DNA of 64,000 bases from Spirochaetia bacterium UBA6919 (GTDB lineage: Bacteria; Spirochaetota; UBA6919): NCBI GenBank assembly GCA_002450905.1, contig DKAT01000083.1, positions 2,061 to 66,060 of the forward strand, given 5' to 3'. The position numbers and the translations under genes are program-made. The notes under the pieces are model-generated. The model saw nothing but the letters and a program-made list of their open reading frames with translations, searched no databases and had not been told where the DNA came from. Each line of letters opens with the position of its first letter. Positions within the stretch are counted from its first letter, which is position 1. Positions 40,081-50,769 of the stretch are shown piece after piece.

Positions 40081-42354
40081 ATGGAAAATCAACATCATCA
40101 AAATCTTATACCCATTCTAGATGCCATCCCTCTTCCCATTGCTTATGCTAATTTAAATGAAAAACATATTTTATTTAATCATAATTATCTTAATTTCTAT
40201 GGAATAAATAAAGAACATCTTATTAATAATTCCATTAAGGATTTAATTGGTATTTCAAATTACTCCAAACGAGAATCCCACATAAAAAAAGCACTTTCGG
40301 GAGAATTATCTGTCTTTGAATACTCCCAGAGTGACAATCATGGATCGGTAACTCACTATGAGATTCATCATACTCCTATTAAAAATAATTTTCAAACCGT
40401 AGATGGTATCCTGATAACAATTATTGATATAACATCACAAAAAATGTTAATTGATACAATAACTAAAAAAAATGAATACTTCAAAATATTTGTAGAAAAA
40501 TCAAAAGATATGATTTCCATACACGATAAAGATTTCCGTTATATATACACAAATCCCACAAACGAACGATTATCGGGAATTTCAAGGGAGTTCTGTACAG
40601 GAAAAACATTTAAAGAACTTGGACTAGTTTCGGAAGAAAGGGCAGATCAATTGCATGGGCTTATTCTCAAAATATTTAATGACGCAAAAGATATAGAATT
40701 AACCTATGAAGGTATTAGTGTTGATGGAGTGACAAGACATTTCAGGACTGATTTTATTCCTGAATTGAATTCCACAGGTCAGGTCGATGCTGTTATCTCT
40801 ATTACCAGAGAAATTACAGACATCCATCATGTTAAAGAAGCATTAAAATCTTCTGAAATACGCTATAAAACTATTATTGATCAATCCCCGTTTAGTATCC
40901 AGATTATAAATCTTAATGGGGTGACAATTCATGTGAACCAGGCATGGAAAAATCTCTGGGGGATTACCCTAAATGATATCTAAGATTGGAATATCCTATC
41001 AGATGAACAACTTATCAAAAATAATACAATTTCCTATATCCAAAAAGCATTTGAAGGTACTCCTCAAAAATTACCAGTTATCGAATATGATACAAATAAA
41101 ATCCCATATATTCAGAATGGGAAGAAAAAATATGTCTCTGCAGCAATTTACCCCATAAAAAATGATATAAATCAAGTCATTGAAATAATTTTAATCCATG
41201 AAGATGTCACTGAGCAAATTAAAATTCAAAAAGAAAAAGAATTACTCAAAGAACAATTCCATCATGCCCAGAAACTCGAATCCATCGCCATTTTAACTGA
41301 GGGTATAGCCCATGATTTTAACAATCTAATGGGGTCCATTAAAGGATATCTCCAGCTTTCAATGGATAAATTAAATACAGATAATAACAACGATTCAATT
41401 TTATATTATATGAATCAAATGGAGAAAGTATCGGATCGGGCTACCCAATTTGTTCAGCAATTGTTTCAATTTAGTAGAAAAGATTCATCAGTTCAAAAAA
41501 ATATTAATATTAATGATATTATTAAAAACTTAATTTCAATGCTTCACCATATTATAGGAGATAAAATTATACTGAATTGTCATCTTGGGGATAAAATTAA
41601 TTTGATCCGAGGAGAAATATCGAGTATTGAACAAATTCTAATGAATCTTATAATCAATGCCAAAGATGAATTGTCTCAGGGCGGCGTAATTTCTATAGTT
41701 ACAAAAAATATTAAAATGGAACAAAATATTTATTCTGGTTCTGAGGTAATTCCAGGAGAATATGTAGAAATTAATGTCATCGATTCAGGAAGAGGTGTTA
41801 GTAAAGAAATTGCACCCCAAATATTTAATTCTTCTTTTACCACAAAGGATCTTGGCAAAGGAACAGGTCTTGGATTATTTGTTGTAAAAAATCTGATTGA
41901 ACAACACAATGGATATATATACCTTGATCAGTCAGTAAAACAAGGGAGTAAATTTGTTCTTTTAATTCCATCAACTCCTGATAAAAATGTACAGGATAAG
42001 CCAATGGAATTAGCCGATATGACTTTCAATTCATCAGTTAATAAAAAACAAAAAATATTAGCTGTCGATGACGATAAAAGTATACTTGATTTTATAAAAT
42101 TATCCCTTATGAATAATAAGTATCAGGTCTTTACAGCAGAAGATCTATCCAGTGCCATCAATTTATTTAAAGATAATCAAAATATTTTTGATCTGTTATT
42201 CTATGATTTAAGCAAGACAGATGATGAAACCATTCATTTATTAGATGAAATTTATTCCTTAAAACCTAAATTGAATATAATTTTAGCAACAAATACTGAG
42301 GATCAAAATATTATTCAAAAAAAAAATGACAAGTGGTTCTATCCAATTTATTAA
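40081..42354 (+). pseudogene. Hybrid sensor histidine kinase (PAS x3 - HisKA - HATPase - receiver) interrupted by a single in-frame TAA at 40981..40983
   Basis: ORFs 40081..40983 and 41329..42354 are both in frame 1. My hand translation of 40984..41328 is open and continuous (DWNILSDEQLIKNNTISYIQKAFEG...KEQFHHAQKLESIAILTEGIAHDFNNLMGSIKGY), running straight through the PAS domain and the H-box into the downstream ORF. Confidence 0.65.
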
Positions 42355-42560
42355 AAAACCATACCACTTAAATACGTTACTAAATGCTGTACAAAATACC
42401 TTTAATTAGTAAATAAGTTGATATTTCTTTGCTTTCATTGAAAATCAGATTAATCCCTTATGATTTTTATACCAAAAATCTTTAATTGATGATGAAATTA
42501 TTTAAAACTTGACTCCGAGAGGACACATCAAACTATATTCTTAATAGTTTAAAAATAAAA

Positions 42561-42827
42561 GTGTATTATAAAAATTATACTGTAATAATACGAAATGTTT
42601 TATTGTTTCTCATAATAGGACTTATAATTTGGGGAGGTGGATATTTATTTACTTTACTTCTCATCCAATTGGGTTTTAATATAATAAAATTATTGAGTCA
42701 TCCAGTATTTTATATATTTCTCATCGGATTTTTCCTTATCTATGCAGTGTCATCCAATTTTATTTTTAAAATACTCAAAGTAGAAAATAAATTAATTAAT
42801 TATCATTTGGCTCTATCTTATTTATAA
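42561..42827 (+). CDS. Small hypothetical membrane protein (2-3 TM)
   Basis: 88 aa, highly hydrophobic. Stop overlaps the next small ORF's ATG (TAATG). Confidence 0.3.
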   Translation: MYYKNYTVIIRNVLLFLIIGLIIWGGGYLFTLLLIQLGFNIIKLLSHPVFYIFLIGFFLIYAVSSNFIFKILKVENKLINYHLALSYL

Positions 42828-42967
42828 TGAATATCACTCTGGATCTACTTATTGTATTTCCCCACCTGAACAATATCCCTTTTTTTTCCTATCCAGTCAC
42901 TTATTTAGGATATACTCTTCTATTCATTACCCCTATTTTGACATATTTGTATACCAGCAAGAGATAA
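42827..42967 (+). CDS. Possible 46-aa hydrophobic peptide, translationally coupled (TAATG) to the upstream small membrane protein
   Basis: Hand translation: MNITLDLLIVFPHLNNIPFFSYPVTYLGYTLLFITPILTYLYTSKR. Not in the ORF track (too short). Weak. Confidence 0.2.
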   Translation: MNITLDLLIVFPHLNNIPFFSYPVTYLGYTLLFITPILTYLYTSKR

Positions 42968-43226
42968 ATATTCATTGATAAGATGCTCAAGTATATATAA
43001 ATCTCAAAATCTTTGATAATCTTTTGAATAAAATTGATATAAATCACTATAGCCTGTGTTATAACTTTAGGAAACCTTCTAAAAAAGGATTTTTTGTGAA
43101 ATATAAATATTATTTAGAGATCGGAAGGGATGACGATAATCTGTATATATATTAAGCAATAATATCAGGTGGTTAGTAAGTATAAACTATTTATAAATCA
43201 AGTTTCATAATATTGGGGGATACCAG

Positions 43227-45272
43227 ATGCCAACAAAAAAAGATGTGGTGGGGGTTTTAAGAAATCTTTCTGGAAAGCTCTTTGAGGATGAGAACTGGAC
43301 AGGAACCTTTGAGGATTATCTTCAACTTGTTCAGGAGAATCCAAAAGTTGCAAGGACAGCTTATCAGCGAATGTATGATATGATTATGTCCCATGGTACA
43401 GAAACAATTAAAACGTCAAGTGGTATTTCTACACGATATAATTTTTTTAATAACAGTGAGATTGGTGGACATGACACGGTCTACGGACTGAATAATGCTA
43501 TTATGAAATTGATTCATGTGTTTAAATCTGCAGCAAGGCAATATGGTGCAGAAAAAAGAGTTATTCTGTTACATGGACCCGTTGGTAGCTCTAAAAGTAC
43601 AATAGTTCGACTTCTAAAAAAAGGGATTGAAGCATACTCCCGAACTAAGGATGGTGCTCTTTATTCTTTCAGCTGGAATATACCCAATGAACCACACCCT
43701 GTCCCATGCCCAATGCATGAAGAACCTTTAAAACTTATCCCGCTGGACTTCAGAAAAGAAATTATTGATGAAATGAACAAACAATTCCCTGAGGAAAATA
43801 AAATAAAAATAGCAGGTGGGTTATGTCCTGTCTGTCGCTATAATTTTAAGCTGTTGTTAAAAGAAAATCATGGTGATTGGAAGAAAGTACTTGATAATAT
43901 TACCATTCATCGTCTCATCCTATCAGAAGAAGATCGTATAGGAATAGGTACTTTTCAGCCCAAGGACGAGAAGAATCAGGATTCTACAGAACTCACTGGA
44001 GATATAAATTATCGTAAGATTGCTGAATATGGTTCAGACTCAGATCCCAGGGCATTTAATTTTGATGGGGAGTTCAATGTAGCTAATAGAGGTGTTATAG
44101 AGTTCATTGAAGTATTGAAACTCGATGTAGCGTTCTTATATGATTTACTGAGTGCTTCACAGGAACATAAAATTAAACCAAAGAAGTTTGCCCAAACTGA
44201 CATTGATGAAGTCATAATAGGACATACGAATGAACCAGAATACAAGAGACTTCAGAATAATGAATTTATGGAAGCCCTTCGTGACAGAACTATAAAAATA
44301 GATATACCCTATATAACCCGTCTGGATGACGAAATAAAGATATATAAAAAGGATTATCCTGAGAATACAATAGGATCTAAGCATATTGCTCCTCATACAC
44401 TGACTATAGCATCCATGTGGGCTATATTAACTAGATTGGAACAGCCTAAAAAAGCACAACTTACTCTCATGCAGAAGCTCAAGCTGTATAATGGGAAGTC
44501 TCTCCCCGGATTTACTGAAGATACCATAAAAGAATTGAAGAAAGAAGCTCCAAAGGAAGGAATGAAAGGAATCTCTCCACGATATATACAGGATAAAATA
44601 TCCAATGCCCTTGTAGCAGATGTGGATGAGAATTGCCTAAACCCATTCATGGTACTAAATGAACTTGAGGATGGTTTAGTTCACCATTCTCTGATTAGTA
44701 ATGAAGATGAAAGAAAGCATTATAAAGAATTGCTGAATGTTGTTAAAACAGAATATGAGGATATTGTAAAAAATGAAGTACAAAGGGCAATATCAGCGGA
44801 TGAAGATTCTATTACAAAGCTCTGTACTAACTATATTGATAATGTCAAGGCATATACCCAGAAGGAGAAAGTAAAGAATAAATATACTGGTGAAGATGAA
44901 GAGCCCAATGAACGTTTGATGCGAAGTATTGAGGATAAGATTGATATCCCTGAAAGTCGTAAAGATGATTTCAGACGCGAGATAATGAATTATATAGGTG
45001 CATTGGCTGTTGAAGGTAAGACATTTAATTATAAAACTAATGAACGTTTACAAAAAGCTTTAGAACTTAAGTTGTTTGAAGACCAGAAGGACACAATTAA
45101 ATTGACCAGTCTGGTATCCAGAGTGGTGGATAAGGAAACTCAAGAGAAGATTGATGTTGTCAAAAAAAGGCTCGTTGATAATTATGGATACTGTGAAGTC
45201 TGTTCAACAGATGTACTAAACTTTGTAGCGAGTATATTTGCCCGAGGGGATATTCAGCAGCAACAACTATAA
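43227..45272 (+). CDS. prkA: PrkA-family serine protein kinase (AAA-like N-domain + kinase-like C-domain)
   Basis: [13 protein letters not shown] Walker A, 681 aa, followed by yeaH-like and spoVR-like genes, the conserved PrkA-YeaH-SpoVR triad. Confidence 0.9.
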   Translation: MPTKKDVVGVLRNLSGKLFEDENWTGTFEDYLQLVQENPKVARTAYQRMYDMIMSHGTETIKTSSGISTRYNFFNNSEIGGHDTVYGLNNAIMKLIHVFKSAARQYGAEKRVILLHGPVGSSKSTIVRLLKKGIEAYSRTKDGALYSFSWNIPNEPHPVPCPMHEEPLKLIPLDFRKEIIDEMNKQFPEENKIKIAGGLCPVCRYNFKLLLKENHGDWKKVLDNITIHRLILSEEDRIGIGTFQPKDEKNQDSTELTGDINYRKIAEYGSDSDPRAFNFDGEFNVANRGVIEFIEVLKLDVAFLYDLLSASQEHKIKPKKFAQTDIDEVIIGHTNEPEYKRLQNNEFMEALRDRTIKIDIPYITRLDDEIKIYKKDYPENTIGSKHIAPHTLTIASMWAILTRLEQPKKAQLTLMQKLKLYNGKSLPGFTEDTIKELKKEAPKEGMKGISPRYIQDKISNALVADVDENCLNPFMVLNELEDGLVHHSLISNEDERKHYKELLNVVKTEYEDIVKNEVQRAISADEDSITKLCTNYIDNVKAYTQKEKVKNKYTGEDEEPNERLMRSIEDKIDIPESRKDDFRREIMNYIGALAVEGKTFNYKTNERLQKALELKLFEDQKDTIKLTSLVSRVVDKETQEKIDVVKKRLVDNYGYCEVCSTDVLNFVASIFARGDIQQQQL

Positions 45273-45290
45273 ATAACTTGATGGATATTT

Positions 45291-46400
45291 ATGGCATTAA
45301 AAATAGAACAGGATTACAATCGATTTAAGAACATCGTAAAGGGCAAGATCCGCAAGGAGCTTAAGGAATACATTACCCATAGTGAGATGTTTGGCAAACA
45401 AGGTGACGACGTAATTAGTATTCCAATCCCCCAAATTGATTTACCTCACTTTAAATTCGATCATGATCAAATGAAAGGAGTAGGTCAGGGTGATGGAGAT
45501 ATTGGTAGTACAATAGGAAAGGGAGATGGGCAAGGATCAGGAATTGGACAAGCTGGAGAAACACCAGGTCAGCATATCTTGGAAGTAGATGTATCCTTGG
45601 AAGAACTGGCAGAAATGCTTGGTGAAGAACTCCAGTTACCTAAAATCGAACCACGTGGAAAAAAAAATATTACTGAATCAAAAGATCGATATACTAGTGT
45701 CCGCAATGTCGGCCCTGAATCTCTAAGAAATTTTAAAAGAACCTTCCAGCAAGCTCTCAAACGACAAATTGCAAGTGGTACGTATAATAAGCACAATCCG
45801 ATTGTCATTCCTGAACGCGGAGATAAGAGGTATAAGTCATGGAAGACCATTAAAAATCCTGAATGCAGTGCGGTTATCATATATATGATGGATGTCTCTG
45901 GTTCTATGACTGATATGCAGAAAGAAATTGTTCGTATAGAGTCTTTTTGGATAGACACCTGGTTAAGATCACAGTATAATGATATAGAATCACGCTATAT
46001 AATACATGATGCCGAAGCTCGTGAGGTAGATAGAGAAACATTTTATCACACTCGTGAAAGCGGTGGGACTAAGATATCCACTGCTTATGAGGTATGTCTT
46101 GAGATGATTAATCAGGACTATCCTTTGTCTGAATGGAATATTTACCCATTTCACTTCTCTGACGGTGATAACTGGAGTAGAGATGATGACTATCAGTGCA
46201 TCAGATTACTAAAAGAACAACTTCTCGAAAAGGCAAACCTCTTTTGTTATGGACAGGTACAAGGTGTATATGGGGTCGGTAACTTTAAAAGGGTTTTGGA
46301 TGAAGCTTTCAAGAATAATGATAAACTCGTCACCAGTGAAATCGAGGATAAAGAAGCGATTTATAGTTCTATAAAACAGTTCTTGGGGAAAGGAAAATGA
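45291..46400 (+). CDS. yeaH: YeaH/YhbH-like DUF444 protein (vWA-like)
   Basis: Gly-rich low-complexity segment GQGDGDIGSTIGKGDGQGSGIGQAGE, then VIIYMMDVSGSMTD (MIDAS-like DxSxS). 369 aa, between prkA and spoVR. Confidence 0.85.
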   Translation: MALKIEQDYNRFKNIVKGKIRKELKEYITHSEMFGKQGDDVISIPIPQIDLPHFKFDHDQMKGVGQGDGDIGSTIGKGDGQGSGIGQAGETPGQHILEVDVSLEELAEMLGEELQLPKIEPRGKKNITESKDRYTSVRNVGPESLRNFKRTFQQALKRQIASGTYNKHNPIVIPERGDKRYKSWKTIKNPECSAVIIYMMDVSGSMTDMQKEIVRIESFWIDTWLRSQYNDIESRYIIHDAEAREVDRETFYHTRESGGTKISTAYEVCLEMINQDYPLSEWNIYPFHFSDGDNWSRDDDYQCIRLLKEQLLEKANLFCYGQVQGVYGVGNFKRVLDEAFKNNDKLVTSEIEDKEAIYSSIKQFLGKGK

Positions 46401-47881
46401 ATTTATCCTATGAATTAGATCAAATCAAAGATGAGGTAAGAACTGTAGCTTCAAAATATAATTTAGACTTCTTTGATACGGTATTTGAATTAGTAGATTA
46501 TAATCGAATGAATGAGATAGCAAGTTATGGAGGTTTTCCCACCCGATATCCCCACTGGAAGTTTGGAATGGAGTATGAACAACTTTCAAAGGGGTATGCC
46601 TATGGCTTGCAGAAAATATATGAAATGGTAATAAATAATGATCCATGTTATGCTTACCTTATGGAAAGTAATGAACTTGTTGACCAGAAACTAGTTATGG
46701 CTCATGTCTATGGTCACAGCGATTTCTTCAAAAACAACAGTTGGTTTGCTCAGACAGAACGAAAGGCTATTGACACTATGGCAAACCATGGTAGCAGAGT
46801 CCGTAAGTACATGAAAACCCACGGATATGAAGTGGTCGAGGCGTTTCTTGATTGTTGTCTATCCCTGGATAATCTCATCGATCCTTATTCCCCGTTTATA
46901 AAACGTCGTTCTGATAAAGAAGATAAGCCGGAAGAACCTGATAAATCCGTTAAGAAAATAGAAAGTAAAGGATATATGGATTCATTTATAAACCCACAGG
47001 AGTTTATGGAGCTTCAAAAGAAAAAAATGGACGAAGACAAATTAAAGGAGAAGCGGTTTCCTGAGAATCCAGAAAAAGACATTCTACTCTTCTTATTGAA
47101 TTATGCCCCCCTTGAAAAATGGAAACAGAACGTCCTTTCCATTATAAGAGAAGAGAGTTATTATTTTGCACCCCAGGGACAGACTAAGATAATGAATGAA
47201 GGCTGGGCGTCATACTGGCATTCTAAGATCATGACGTCTAATATACTGAGAGACAGTGAAATTATAGATTATGCTGATCATCATTCAAGTACTCTCGGTG
47301 TATCTCCGGGACAGATAAATCCCTATAAATTGGGTATTGAGCTATTTAAAGACATAGAAGACCGCTGGAACAAGGGGAAATTCGGCAAAGAATACGAGGA
47401 GTGTGACGACAGAGATGCCCTTGAAAACTGGGACAAACAATTAAATCTTGGTCGGGATAAAATATTCGAAGTCAGGAAAATATATAATGATATCACATTT
47501 ATTGATACTTATTTAACTAAAGAATTCGTAAGCCAGCAAAAGATGTTCACATACGCCTTAGACAAGGAAACAGGATATTATGTTATTAGTGACAGAGATT
47601 TTAAAAAAATTAAAGATACCCTCCTCTTCAACCTGACCAATATGGGACAGCCATTTATCTATGTCCTTGATGGTAATTATAAAAATAGAGGTGAATTATA
47701 TTTAAAACACCGATATGAATCCATCCCTCTTCAGAAGGGCTATGCCCGTGCTACCTTAAAAAATATCTGTACATTATGGGGACGTCCAGTCAATCTTGAA
47801 ACCGTTGAGGATAATAAGGATATTTTAATTTCTTACGATGGATCAGAATATAAGGAAGTCTTCATGGGACTCCGAAAATAA
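46397..47881 (+). CDS. spoVR: SpoVR-family protein
   Basis: 494 aa; ATGA overlap with yeaH; the conserved segment NEGWASYWHSKIMT is typical of SpoVR/YcgB. Confidence 0.85.
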   Translation: MNLSYELDQIKDEVRTVASKYNLDFFDTVFELVDYNRMNEIASYGGFPTRYPHWKFGMEYEQLSKGYAYGLQKIYEMVINNDPCYAYLMESNELVDQKLVMAHVYGHSDFFKNNSWFAQTERKAIDTMANHGSRVRKYMKTHGYEVVEAFLDCCLSLDNLIDPYSPFIKRRSDKEDKPEEPDKSVKKIESKGYMDSFINPQEFMELQKKKMDEDKLKEKRFPENPEKDILLFLLNYAPLEKWKQNVLSIIREESYYFAPQGQTKIMNEGWASYWHSKIMTSNILRDSEIIDYADHHSSTLGVSPGQINPYKLGIELFKDIEDRWNKGKFGKEYEECDDRDALENWDKQLNLGRDKIFEVRKIYNDITFIDTYLTKEFVSQQKMFTYALDKETGYYVISDRDFKKIKDTLLFNLTNMGQPFIYVLDGNYKNRGELYLKHRYESIPLQKGYARATLKNICTLWGRPVNLETVEDNKDILISYDGSEYKEVFMGLRK

Positions 47882-48065
47882 TACTATAATCAATAATATC
47901 ATGCACATTGACTTACTAGGAGTAGAAAGAATATACTTTTGAGATGAGGTTATAATTCCTTATAAAATAATAAATAGATATCCTGTTATCATTATAAATC
48001 ATAAAAGATTTGTGAAAAATAGATATATACACAATGTTCATGTGTTCAATACTATGGAGGATGAT

Positions 48066-48530
48066 ATGATTGGAAACAAGATTGTAGAATCAATTCGTCT
48101 GAGAGTACCGGGAAAGATGACTTATTCCCATGAAGCGGATGGAGTGGAGTATTTTGTCAAGATAGAAGATTTCGACCGATACAGCGTGGTGATTTCTGAG
48201 ATGGGATTAAAAAACTCCAGTACAGAAAAGATCTCTCCAAAACAATTCGAAAATAAAGTACGGGAACTGGAAAATAAATTATCTTATTTCATGGAATGGC
48301 CTAAAATTCTTGAGTTGGATAATCAAAACCAGATAGCCCAATTGAGAAGTTATCCTGGTGAAAAAGATGGTGACACATATAAATACTATGAAATTCTTGT
48401 CAACAATGGTAAGAAGATTAATTTTAAAAGAATAGCAAATCACAAAGGTTTGAAAGAAAATATAAATATGGTAATCCCTGATCAGATCTTAAAAAGATTA
48501 ATCAATGATTTTACAGATACTATCAGATAA
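48066..48530 (+). CDS. Hypothetical protein
   Basis: ORF-track start is at 48012 (GTG). A GGAGG RBS at 48056..48060 favours the ATG at 48066 (MIGNKIVESIRL...). No motif recognised. Confidence 0.4.
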   Translation: MIGNKIVESIRLRVPGKMTYSHEADGVEYFVKIEDFDRYSVVISEMGLKNSSTEKISPKQFENKVRELENKLSYFMEWPKILELDNQNQIAQLRSYPGEKDGDTYKYYEILVNNGKKINFKRIANHKGLKENINMVIPDQILKRLINDFTDTIR

Positions 48531-48558
48531 ATAATATCGACATTCTAAAATACATCAT

Positions 48559-48831
48559 CTATTTTGGCAATACTTGGGTAAATGGTTTAATTTCATAACT
48601 CTCATAAACCCCATTGCGTGTATACGGGTCATTTTTCATGGTTTCCTCGACCTCTTCCAAACTCTCCATATCAAAAATAATCAATGATCCACTGATATCA
48701 GAAAATGGACCAGCTAATTTCAATTTCCCTCTGGACTGAAGATCCTCAAGACGTTTTAGGTGTTCAGGACGATGCAATTGCCTCTTCTCCCCAGATCCCT
48801 GACCAATTCGTCCAATTACAACAAACAGCAT
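48559..48831 (-). CDS. YciI-like protein (dimeric alpha/beta barrel)
   Basis: 90 aa. MLFVVIGRIGQGSGEKRQLHRPEHLKRLEDLQSRGKLKLAGPFSD fits the YciI-family length and pattern (R..H...L..L...G.l...GP). Confidence 0.55.
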   Translation of the reverse strand: MLFVVIGRIGQGSGEKRQLHRPEHLKRLEDLQSRGKLKLAGPFSDISGSLIIFDMESLEEVEETMKNDPYTRNGVYESYEIKPFTQVLPK

Positions 48832-48967
48832 CCATATCTCCTTTTGATAAGAAAATTACACTAATATTTTAAAATAATTCTATACAGCGAGATATTTATA
48901 ACTTTAACAAACTATCAAATAACACTTTAATATTTAAAATAAAATATATAAAAAAAGACATGAGAGC

Positions 48968-49001
48968 AAGTACAATCGGAACTAAATTTTTTGATTCCGA
49001 T
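48968..49001. repeat. Conserved hairpin element copy 2: AAG-T-ACA-ATCGGAA-(13 nt loop)-TTCCGAT
   Basis: Loop CTAAATTTTTTGA. The same flanks, AAG(C/T)ACA, precede the stem in both copies. Lies between the DGC stop and the YciI-like start. Confidence 0.6.
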
Positions 49002-49050
49002 AATGATTAGTCAGGTTGAAAGTGTTTAATTAGTTTAAGAGAACTTATTT

Positions 49051-50766
49051 TTAAGAAACGATTTGATTACGACCCCGCTCCTTAGCTAGATATAGATTCT
49101 CGTCAGCCAGGTTGATTAGTTCTTTAGGGGTAATAGGCTCTGATTCATCTGGACTGGGGGTATAAGTTGAGATACCCATACTCAAAGTGACATGATCAGC
49201 GACTTTAGATTTCTCATGTGGCAGCTTAGAGGTATTTATTAAATTACGTAGAGTATTTGCTATTTCAAAAGCTTCATCTTGACTTAAATTCGGAAGAATA
49301 ATTGAAAACTCCTCTCCTCCATAACGTGCTGGGACCTCTCCACTACGGCGAAATGTCCTTTTAATCAACTGAGAAACAAATCTTAAACACTCATCCCCTT
49401 CCTGATGGCCATAATGATCGTTATATAATTTAAAATAATCAATGTCACAAAGTATAAGAGATAGAGAAGTTTTTTGCCTAAGTGATCTGTGGAGCTCTTC
49501 CTGGAGTTTCATATCAAAAAACCTTCGGTTGTAAAGCCCTGTGAGTGGATCTGTAATAGATATTTCAACTAATTCTTCATTACGTAATTTCAATTGTTCG
49601 TTCACATCGATCAGAATGTTTTCAAGATTTTTTTCTTTCGATATATCTCTAATAATCCCTGTGAAAAAGATCTGACCATTAATTATCATCTTGGATACCC
49701 CAAGGTGTGCGGGGAATGTTGTACCATCTTTACGTAATGCCTCAATTTCTCTTCCTATCCCAATAATTTTAGCTTGATTGGTCGTGAGATAACGATGGAT
49801 ATAATTATCATGTTGTGATTTATTAGGCTCTGACATAAGGATATTTACATTCTGACCTATCGTCTCCGATTGAGTATATCCAAAAAGATTTTCAGCAGCT
49901 GGATTGAATGACTGGATAATTCCTCGATCATTGATTGTAATTAATCCATCAATCATTGTATTGACAACTGCTCTCAGACTTTCTTCCTTGCTTTGCAATT
50001 CTTTTTCTGATTTTGATATTAACTGGAGCAATTTATTGATAGTATGGCTCATTTGGGATATTTCATCCTTACCGGATAGAGGAATATTGAAATCTCTCTC
50101 CCCAGCAGAAAAGCGATTTAAATAATGATTAATTTTGCTGGTTCTGCTTGTTATGAGTTTAGATAGAGCCAGGTTTAATAAGATAGCCCCTATAAGTAAT
50201 CCCATTCCTACGAATGAGGTATAGTAAAATATATTTTCCTTTTCATTTTTTATATCATATCTTAAATTAATACGGAAATAAAGAAAACCACAATTTGATG
50301 TTCTGAAAAGAGAATTTGATTTTTTGCAGATATGAGTAAATCCAAGGAGGATATGATTTTTTTTATTTAAAATAACATGGGCGTGTTTTTCTAAAATTGA
50401 ATTCTGTATATTATTTAGTTTTACAATATTTTCAGGATCAGACCAGGTTGAATTGATTTCATCATAATGATTTGACGCAACGATAATACCTTTAGGGTCC
50501 ACATATTGAATCCCTTTGATATCAGGTTCAGAAGCAATACTGGAAATGAGTCTTTGAATCTGGAGAGTATTATTTTTATTATTATAATCTTCTACAATGC
50601 CTTGCAGGAAGTTTAACCGATCTTTCAACTTATTTTGATTATTTTCTATGGACTGATTGATAATAATTTCAGATGTTATAAAATATCCGATAACAAAAGA
50701 TATAATTACAAATAATAGAGTTATTGCGGGTATCATATACCTTAAGGTAAGGAATATTTTTTTCAT
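49051..50766 (-). CDS. Sensor diguanylate cyclase (periplasmic sensor domain between two TM helices, PAS, GGDEF)
   Basis: GGDEF active site RYGGEEF. PAS segment (NTMIDGLITINDRGIIQSFNPAAENLFGYTQSETIGQN). TM1 IPAITLLFVIISFVIGYFI, TM2 FVGMGLLIGAILLNLAL. Confidence 0.85.
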   Translation of the reverse strand: MKKIFLTLRYMIPAITLLFVIISFVIGYFITSEIIINQSIENNQNKLKDRLNFLQGIVEDYNNKNNTLQIQRLISSIASEPDIKGIQYVDPKGIIVASNHYDEINSTWSDPENIVKLNNIQNSILEKHAHVILNKKNHILLGFTHICKKSNSLFRTSNCGFLYFRINLRYDIKNEKENIFYYTSFVGMGLLIGAILLNLALSKLITSRTSKINHYLNRFSAGERDFNIPLSGKDEISQMSHTINKLLQLISKSEKELQSKEESLRAVVNTMIDGLITINDRGIIQSFNPAAENLFGYTQSETIGQNVNILMSEPNKSQHDNYIHRYLTTNQAKIIGIGREIEALRKDGTTFPAHLGVSKMIINGQIFFTGIIRDISKEKNLENILIDVNEQLKLRNEELVEISITDPLTGLYNRRFFDMKLQEELHRSLRQKTSLSLILCDIDYFKLYNDHYGHQEGDECLRFVSQLIKRTFRRSGEVPARYGGEEFSIILPNLSQDEAFEIANTLRNLINTSKLPHEKSKVADHVTLSMGISTYTPSPDESEPITPKELINLADENLYLAKERGRNQIVS

Positions 50767-50769
50767 GAA

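Noticed and set aside
40973-41158. ORF 40973..41158 (+, 61 aa) between the two halves of the histidine kinase
   Set aside because: It is in a different frame from the continuous PAS-encoding frame, which is clearly the real coding frame across this segment.
42968-43226. Sigma-54 (-24/-12 TGGCAC-N5-TTGC) promoter upstream of prkA
   Set aside because: No match to the consensus found by eye in the 260-bp upstream region.
44009-46646. ORFs 44009..44245, 44157..44396, 44393..44650, 45569..45958, 46425..46646 (all -)
   Set aside because: Antisense to prkA, yeaH and spoVR, whose identities are strongly supported.
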